A DNA stretch of 64,000 bases. Origin: an uncultured candidate division Zixibacteria bacterium. GTDB lineage: Bacteria > Zixibacteria > MSB-5A5 > GN15 > FEB-12. The position numbers and the translations under genes were made by a program. Position 1 is the stretch's first letter. Each line of letters starts with the position of its first letter. The notes beneath the pieces are model-generated. The model did not search any database. It was given only the letters and a program-made list of their open reading frames with translations, and had not been told where the DNA came from. The stretch covers positions 320,001 to 384,000 of the forward strand of contig CAWDXE010000004.1 of the NCBI GenBank assembly GCA_963806185.1, read 5' to 3'. Below are positions 58,982-64,000 of this stretch, one piece after another.

Positions 58982-59008
58982 TAATCGAATCAGCGATTCT
59001 GCCGATCA
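58982..59008 (+). promoter_or_regulatory. candidate sigma-28-like promoter
   Basis: TAAT-15 nt-GCCGATCA. Confidence 0.4.
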
Positions 59009-59030
59009 TTGTCGGTAGGAGTCCGATTCA

Positions 59031-59225
59031 GTGTTACCATTGACCCACGAAGAGATTATCCGGCTGAAGGAGCATATTGATATGCTTGAAAACGAGCGGG
59101 GAGAGAGTCTCCCCGAGCATTTGCTCATGCGTATCCTGGCCGATCACATCGAGCGGCTGGAGGATCGGGTCGAGAATCTCGAGGGTAAGCTGCACGACAT
59201 CCTCCATATCCTTCGAAAGAAATAA
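59031..59225 (+). CDS. small coiled-coil hypothetical protein
   Basis: AGGAG RBS, heptad pattern IERLEDRVENLEGKL. Confidence 0.65.
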   Translation: MLPLTHEEIIRLKEHIDMLENERGESLPEHLLMRILADHIERLEDRVENLEGKLHDILHILRKK

Positions 59226-59353
59226 CCCCTTTTCACGTAGCCAGCAGTGAACCGCCGAATCGCCCCTGGTGCCGGCCGTTTCGGCTTGTGCCTCGACGCG
59301 GCGTCAGTATATTCACCTCATCAAGTCCACAAACTGACTCAGGAGTGGGAGGC

Positions 59354-59917
59354 ATGAAGAAGCGCGCGCTCATTGTCATGGCGGATGGATTCGAGGATAT
59401 GGAGGGGGTGGCCTCGATTGATGTGCTCAATCGCGCGGAGGTCGAGGTGATCATCGCCGGTCTGTGCCCGGGTCCGATAAAGGCGGCTTACGGCACGACG
59501 GTCGTGCCGCATGTGACTATCGACGATTTGCCCGACCAGCTGTTCGATGGAATCATCTTCCCGGGTGGGCGGCGCAACGCTACGGCGCTGGCAGCTCATG
59601 CTCGTATAGCGGAGATGGCCCGCCGGCATCACGCGGCCGGGAAAATGGTCGCCGCGATCTGCGCGGCGCCGAGCCATGTACTGGCCGAGGCGGCCAATCT
59701 GGTACGCGGAAAACGGGCTACCGGCGATCCTGCTTTTAGTGAAAGGCTGGCCGCCTGCGGGGCAATCGTCACTGATGAATTGGTGACGGTCGATGGAAAC
59801 ATGGTAACCGGCATGGGACCGGGTGCGGCAATGCCCTTTGCGCTGATGCTGGCCGAGTACTTGGTGGGCCGAGAGACGGCCGACGGCTTTGCCCGGAAAT
59901 GGCGCGTGAGTCGCTGA
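59354..59917 (+). CDS. DJ-1/PfpI (YajL/ThiJ-like) protein
   Basis: ADGFEDME, FPGG, AAICAAP, VDGNMVTG.GPG. Confidence 0.92.
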   Translation: MKKRALIVMADGFEDMEGVASIDVLNRAEVEVIIAGLCPGPIKAAYGTTVVPHVTIDDLPDQLFDGIIFPGGRRNATALAAHARIAEMARRHHAAGKMVAAICAAPSHVLAEAANLVRGKRATGDPAFSERLAACGAIVTDELVTVDGNMVTGMGPGAAMPFALMLAEYLVGRETADGFARKWRVSR

Positions 59918-60003
59918 TTTGCCACGGGGCAATTTGCATTCGGGGGCAATTTATTCTTGCTCTCGCGGGGCGGTAGTTTCACTTTGAAAACGTCGGCCAA
60001 TTA

Positions 60004-60030
60004 TAATTTCTATGCTATACCTGCCGACAT
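60004..60030 (+). promoter_or_regulatory. candidate sigma-28-like promoter
   Basis: TAAT-15 nt-GCCGACAT. Confidence 0.4.
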
Positions 60031-60067
60031 TGGTGGTACGTAGGTACTCACGGCCAAAGGAGCCTGC

Positions 60068-61342
60068 ATGGCGTTGCGCGTCTGCTATTACGAAGATGAG
60101 AAATACACTCAGTTTCTCCCGTTAACGTACGTTCGACCGGTCTACTTGTTACGTGCCGGGATCGTCCCGCTTTTCCGTCGCATCGAACGGGTCCTGCCGG
60201 ACGCGGAGATTTCGCTTCTTGCCCGGGAGCAAGTCGCACCTCTGGTGGCGGATCAGTTACGCGACTATCCGGTAAACATCATCAAACGTGAAGATGGTCA
60301 GGACGTACTGTTTCTGAACGGGAGAATACGTGATTTCGGGGAACTGGTTGACCAGGTGACAAGGGCGCGAATCTCAACTGTCTTTACGCATGGCGATGAA
60401 ATTGTCGCAGTGCTTTTGAGGTCAGACGTACTCGGTCGCATCTCGCGCATGGCAACTCCCGAAATGTACCTGGAGCGGTATGCCTCGGAAAAGAAGGACA
60501 TCCCTGACCTTGCCACGACAGCCACGCTCTATAATTTCTGCTGGGACATCATGGCCGATATCGAGCGGGAGATATCCGCTGACTTTCGAATGATCAAAGC
60601 GGAGTTTGACCAGGAAGGTGAACGGACTGTCCATGACGGCGCCTTCATTGTCAACAAGGCGGCCGTTCGCCTCGGCGATGGAGTGGAGATTCTACCCGGC
60701 GCGGTGATTGATGCTTCCAAGGGGCCGGTCATCATAGGTCAGAACACGAGAGTGGATCCGCACGCGGCGATCTTCGGTCCCTGCTTTGTCGGCCCCAATA
60801 CGGTTGTCGCCGCCGGAAAGATCGCGGCCTCCTCCATAGGTCATACCTGTCGGGTTGGCGGCGAGGTAGAGGAAACGGTCTTTCAGTCCTATGTAAACAA
60901 GTGGCATGCCGGGTTTGTCGGGCACAGCTATGTTGGGTCGTGGGTCAATTTCGGCGCCATGACAACAAACAGTGACCTGAAGAACAACTATTCAACTATC
61001 AGATTGACGGTGAACGGCAAAGCGGTCGATTCCGGAGCGATCAAAGTCGGATCGTTCATAGGCGACCACACCAAATTCGGCATCGGTACCCTGTTGAACA
61101 CTGGGATATCCATAGGTGTCTGCTGCAACATCTTTGGTGGCAGTCTGGTGGCCGACAAGGAAGTGCCGTCGTTTTCCTGGGGGGCAACCGGCCAATACGA
61201 GCCGTACCAGATTGAGAAGGCGCTGGAGACTGCTGAGCGCACGACCGGGCGCAGAAACGTCTTGCTGACCGATCATGAAAAGTCCGTACTTCGGGCCGTT
61301 TTTGAGAAGCAGGAGTCAAGTGCGGGCATAATTACTTGGTAG
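60068..61342 (+). CDS. GlmU-related putative sugar nucleotidyl/acyltransferase (Bacteroidetes-type)
   Basis: FLPLTY.RPV..LR.G N-domain, hexapeptide repeats, GGEVE, NK.H.GF.GHSY.G.WVN.GA.T.NSDLKNNY. Confidence 0.85.
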   Translation: MALRVCYYEDEKYTQFLPLTYVRPVYLLRAGIVPLFRRIERVLPDAEISLLAREQVAPLVADQLRDYPVNIIKREDGQDVLFLNGRIRDFGELVDQVTRARISTVFTHGDEIVAVLLRSDVLGRISRMATPEMYLERYASEKKDIPDLATTATLYNFCWDIMADIEREISADFRMIKAEFDQEGERTVHDGAFIVNKAAVRLGDGVEILPGAVIDASKGPVIIGQNTRVDPHAAIFGPCFVGPNTVVAAGKIAASSIGHTCRVGGEVEETVFQSYVNKWHAGFVGHSYVGSWVNFGAMTTNSDLKNNYSTIRLTVNGKAVDSGAIKVGSFIGDHTKFGIGTLLNTGISIGVCCNIFGGSLVADKEVPSFSWGATGQYEPYQIEKALETAERTTGRRNVLLTDHEKSVLRAVFEKQESSAGIITW

Positions 61343-61378
61343 GGAAAATCTTACCGGTCGTGTGACGCCGACGAACGC

Positions 61379-61407
61379 TTGACAACGGCAAAGCCGCCGT
61401 CTATTTT
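61379..61407 (+). promoter_or_regulatory. sigma70-type promoter for galT-like/glgA
   Basis: TTGACA-17 nt-TATTTT. Confidence 0.55.
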
Positions 61408-61428
61408 GGTTTTTTTCAGGAGAGGACG

Positions 61429-62475
61429 ATGCCTGAGCTTCGCAAAGACCCGATTATCGGACGCTGGGTGATCATTTCGACCGAACGCGGCAAGCGTCCG
61501 TCGTCGTTAAGTTCTGTTCCGCCCAAGTCGACTGCCCAACTCTGTCCGTTCTGCCCGGGCAACGAGAATTTCACTCCTCCGGAGGTGCTGGCGTATCGTC
61601 AGCCGGCGACCGAGCCCAATCGGCCCGGGTGGCGGTTGCGAGTCATTTCCAACAAATACCCGGCGCTGGTGATTGAGGGCGCGCTGACACGCGAGCCAAA
61701 AGGCATTTATGATCGTATGCACGGCATCGGGGCGCACGAAGTCATTATCGAAACACCCGAACACGCCAAAGATCTTACCGACATGTCCGATTACGAAGTG
61801 CGCGACGTACTCTGGGCGTACCGTGAACGGATGATCGACCTTGAACGTGACCGTCGGTTCAAATACATTCTGATCTTCAAAAATCATGGCGAGATGGCCG
61901 GGGCTTCGCTGGAGCATTCCCATTCCCAGCTCATCGCCACGCCGATCATTCCTAAACGAGTGGTGGAAGAGATCGAGGGAGCGAAGAAGTATTTCGATTT
62001 CAAAGAGCGATGTATTTTCTGTGATATCGTTCGTCAGGAGATTTCCGAGTACGAGCGGATCGTAAAGGACCATGACGCCTTCATATCGTTCCAGCCGTTT
62101 GCATCGCGCTTTCCCTTTGAAACCTGGATTATACCGAAAACACACCAGTCGAGTTTTCTCGAGATGAGCGATGCGGAGTATCTCATACTGGCGCGCTGTC
62201 TCAAGGATACGCTCTGGCGGATTAAACTGGCGCTGAATAATCCTCCGTTCAATTTTATCCTGCATACGCGGCCTATTCCCCGCGATACACACGAATACTT
62301 CCATTGGCACTTCGAAATTATTCCGAAGCTGACCAAGGTGGCCGGCTTTGAATGGGGTTCCGGGTTCTATATTAACCCGACGGCTCCCGAAGAGGCCGCG
62401 AGCTTTTTGAGGAGTATCGATCCGGCGGCCAAAAAGGCTGGCGGCCTACCCAATGTCTCAGGCGAAAATGGGTGA
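61429..62475 (+). CDS. galT: GalT-family nucleotidyltransferase (possibly ADP-glucose phosphorylase type)
   Basis: ELRKDP...RWVI, CPFCPGNE, NKYPAL, FKNHG..AGASLEHSHSQ, HWH.EI.P. Confidence 0.88.
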   Translation: MPELRKDPIIGRWVIISTERGKRPSSLSSVPPKSTAQLCPFCPGNENFTPPEVLAYRQPATEPNRPGWRLRVISNKYPALVIEGALTREPKGIYDRMHGIGAHEVIIETPEHAKDLTDMSDYEVRDVLWAYRERMIDLERDRRFKYILIFKNHGEMAGASLEHSHSQLIATPIIPKRVVEEIEGAKKYFDFKERCIFCDIVRQEISEYERIVKDHDAFISFQPFASRFPFETWIIPKTHQSSFLEMSDAEYLILARCLKDTLWRIKLALNNPPFNFILHTRPIPRDTHEYFHWHFEIIPKLTKVAGFEWGSGFYINPTAPEEAASFLRSIDPAAKKAGGLPNVSGENG

Positions 62476-63943
62476 TATAAAAATTCTTATTGTTTCTCCC
62501 GAAGCCGGGCCGTTCGCTCGCACGGGAGGCTTGGGCGACGTTATCGCCGCCCTGCCGAAGGCTCTGGCGGCAATGGGGGCCGACGTAAAGCTCATGCTTC
62601 CGCACTATCGGCAGATTGACGGTGAGCAGTACCGGCTCGATGAAATGCCCTCCCCGGGTGTACTCAGGATCGGCGGAGCGCCGAAGCCGATCTCGGTGGC
62701 GACCTATCGTGAATCGAAATCACGGGTGGAAGTCTACTTCATTGGCGGCGGAGACTACTTCGATCGCTCAGGGCTATACGTCGACAAAGCGACCGGGAAA
62801 GACTTTGTCGACAACGACGAGCGATATGCCTTCTTCACTCGTGCGGCATTGGAGACGGTCAAGAAGCTGAACTGGCGGCCGGATGTCATCCATATTCAGG
62901 ACTGGCAGACCGCCTTGATTCCGGCATGGCTGAAGACTGCCTATGCAACCGATCCGTTCTTCCAGGGTGTGAAAAGCGTATTGACGATTCACAATCTGGG
63001 ATACCAGGGGATATTTCCGATGGGGCAGTTCGCGCCGTTGGGACTCCCCGAGAAGTACATGTACGCCGTGACCGGTCCGTTTGAATTTTTCGGCAAGGTG
63101 AATTTCCTTAAAGGGGGGATCGTATTGGCGGACAAGATCACGGCCGTCTCACCGCGCTACGCCCAGGAAATTACGTTGTCGGATGAATTTGGATTCGGCC
63201 TGGAAGGCGTGCTTCGCGATCGGGCGAGCGATTTGACGGGCATACTCAACGGCGTCGACTACGCCGTATGGTCACCCGCCAAGGATAAGCGGATTCCGTA
63301 TAAGTTCAACCTCAAGAATCTTTCGGGCAAACGTCGGACAAAGATCGATCTCCTCGGCCGGGCTAAATTGCCTATTCGCGAAACCGCCCCGCTCATCGGG
63401 ATCATCTCTCGTTTGACGGATCAGAAGGGCTGGGATCTGATTGCCGAGGCCGCGGACGGGTTATTCGGACTCAATCTTCAGATGGTGGTGCTGGGCGTCG
63501 GCGAAAAGAAGTACGAAGCACTGCTGGAGAAACTTCAGCGCCAATATCCGGATCGGCTGAAGGTCTATTTGAATTTCGATGATACGCTGGCTCATCAGAT
63601 TGAAGCTGCGGCTGACATGTTTCTTATGCCGAGCAAATACGAGCCCTGCGGCCTGAACCAGCTGTATTCGCTCCGCTACGGCACCGTACCGATCGTTCAT
63701 CGCGTCGGCGGTCTGGCGGACACAGTGGACGATTTTGATCCGGCCACCGGTGCAGGCACCGGATTTGTCTTCGACCAGTACACGCCCGAGGCGATGCTTG
63801 AGGCGATTCGCCGAGCGCTCGCGCTCTACAAGCGCAAGAGAGTTTGGTCGAGGCTGATGAAGGCCGGCATGACACGGGACTTCTCGTGGGAGAATTCGGC
63901 GCGTCAATATCTTGAGTTATTCCGGCAAACAGCCGGGAAGTAA
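62453..63943 (+). CDS. glgA: glycogen synthase (GT5)
   Basis: E..PF.RTGGLGDV, DWQT, TIHNLGYQG, GILNGVD, MPSKYEPCGLNQLYS, GGLADTV. Confidence 0.96.
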   Translation: MSQAKMGDIKILIVSPEAGPFARTGGLGDVIAALPKALAAMGADVKLMLPHYRQIDGEQYRLDEMPSPGVLRIGGAPKPISVATYRESKSRVEVYFIGGGDYFDRSGLYVDKATGKDFVDNDERYAFFTRAALETVKKLNWRPDVIHIQDWQTALIPAWLKTAYATDPFFQGVKSVLTIHNLGYQGIFPMGQFAPLGLPEKYMYAVTGPFEFFGKVNFLKGGIVLADKITAVSPRYAQEITLSDEFGFGLEGVLRDRASDLTGILNGVDYAVWSPAKDKRIPYKFNLKNLSGKRRTKIDLLGRAKLPIRETAPLIGIISRLTDQKGWDLIAEAADGLFGLNLQMVVLGVGEKKYEALLEKLQRQYPDRLKVYLNFDDTLAHQIEAAADMFLMPSKYEPCGLNQLYSLRYGTVPIVHRVGGLADTVDDFDPATGAGTGFVFDQYTPEAMLEAIRRALALYKRKRVWSRLMKAGMTRDFSWENSARQYLELFRQTAGK

Positions 63944-64000
63944 CGAGACATCAGGAATAATCACACTTTGAAGCAGCTTCGCGGTGACATCCTGTGGGCG

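Overview
Ordinary GC-rich bacterial chromosome segment from a diderm organism. The gene content suggests the FCB group, possibly Zixibacteria-like; this is inference only. 1-23.6 kb is the 3' part of rpoC followed by one continuous str-S10-spc-alpha ribosomal superoperon (rpsL to rplQ, with fusA, tuf, secY, adk, map, infA, rpoA). 23.7-64 kb is housekeeping and envelope genes: plsY-gpsA-merR, surE, apt, a FadL-like OMP, GH57, peptidases, a fused 2-oxoacid dehydrogenase E1, a flippase, a TPR/ExbB/ExbD/ExbD/TonB cluster, hisS, a ROK kinase, DJ-1, a GlmU-like gene, galT-like and glgA, plus four tRNAs (Pro-GGG, Pro-CGG, Arg-CCT, Phe-GAA). I saw no CRISPR array, integrase, transposase or prophage gene. 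Many conserved genes carry single-base insertions, often two alternative wobble bases side by side. I read these as a mixed-population consensus artefact, so those genes are listed as CDS with approximate ends. Most interesting observations: (1) a receptor-less TonB/Exb motor cluster with a large TPR protein, an unknown membrane protein and a secreted protein with three TonB-C-like repeats; (2) a GalT-like probable ADP-glucose phosphorylase overlapping glgA; (3) sigma-28-like promoter motifs upstream of non-flagellar genes; (4) an abrupt G/T-ending codon bias confined to tuf; (5) a structured rpsG-fusA intergenic region; (6) covarying REP-like hairpins flanking an rraB-like gene. All product calls come from recognising motifs by eye; no database search was run.
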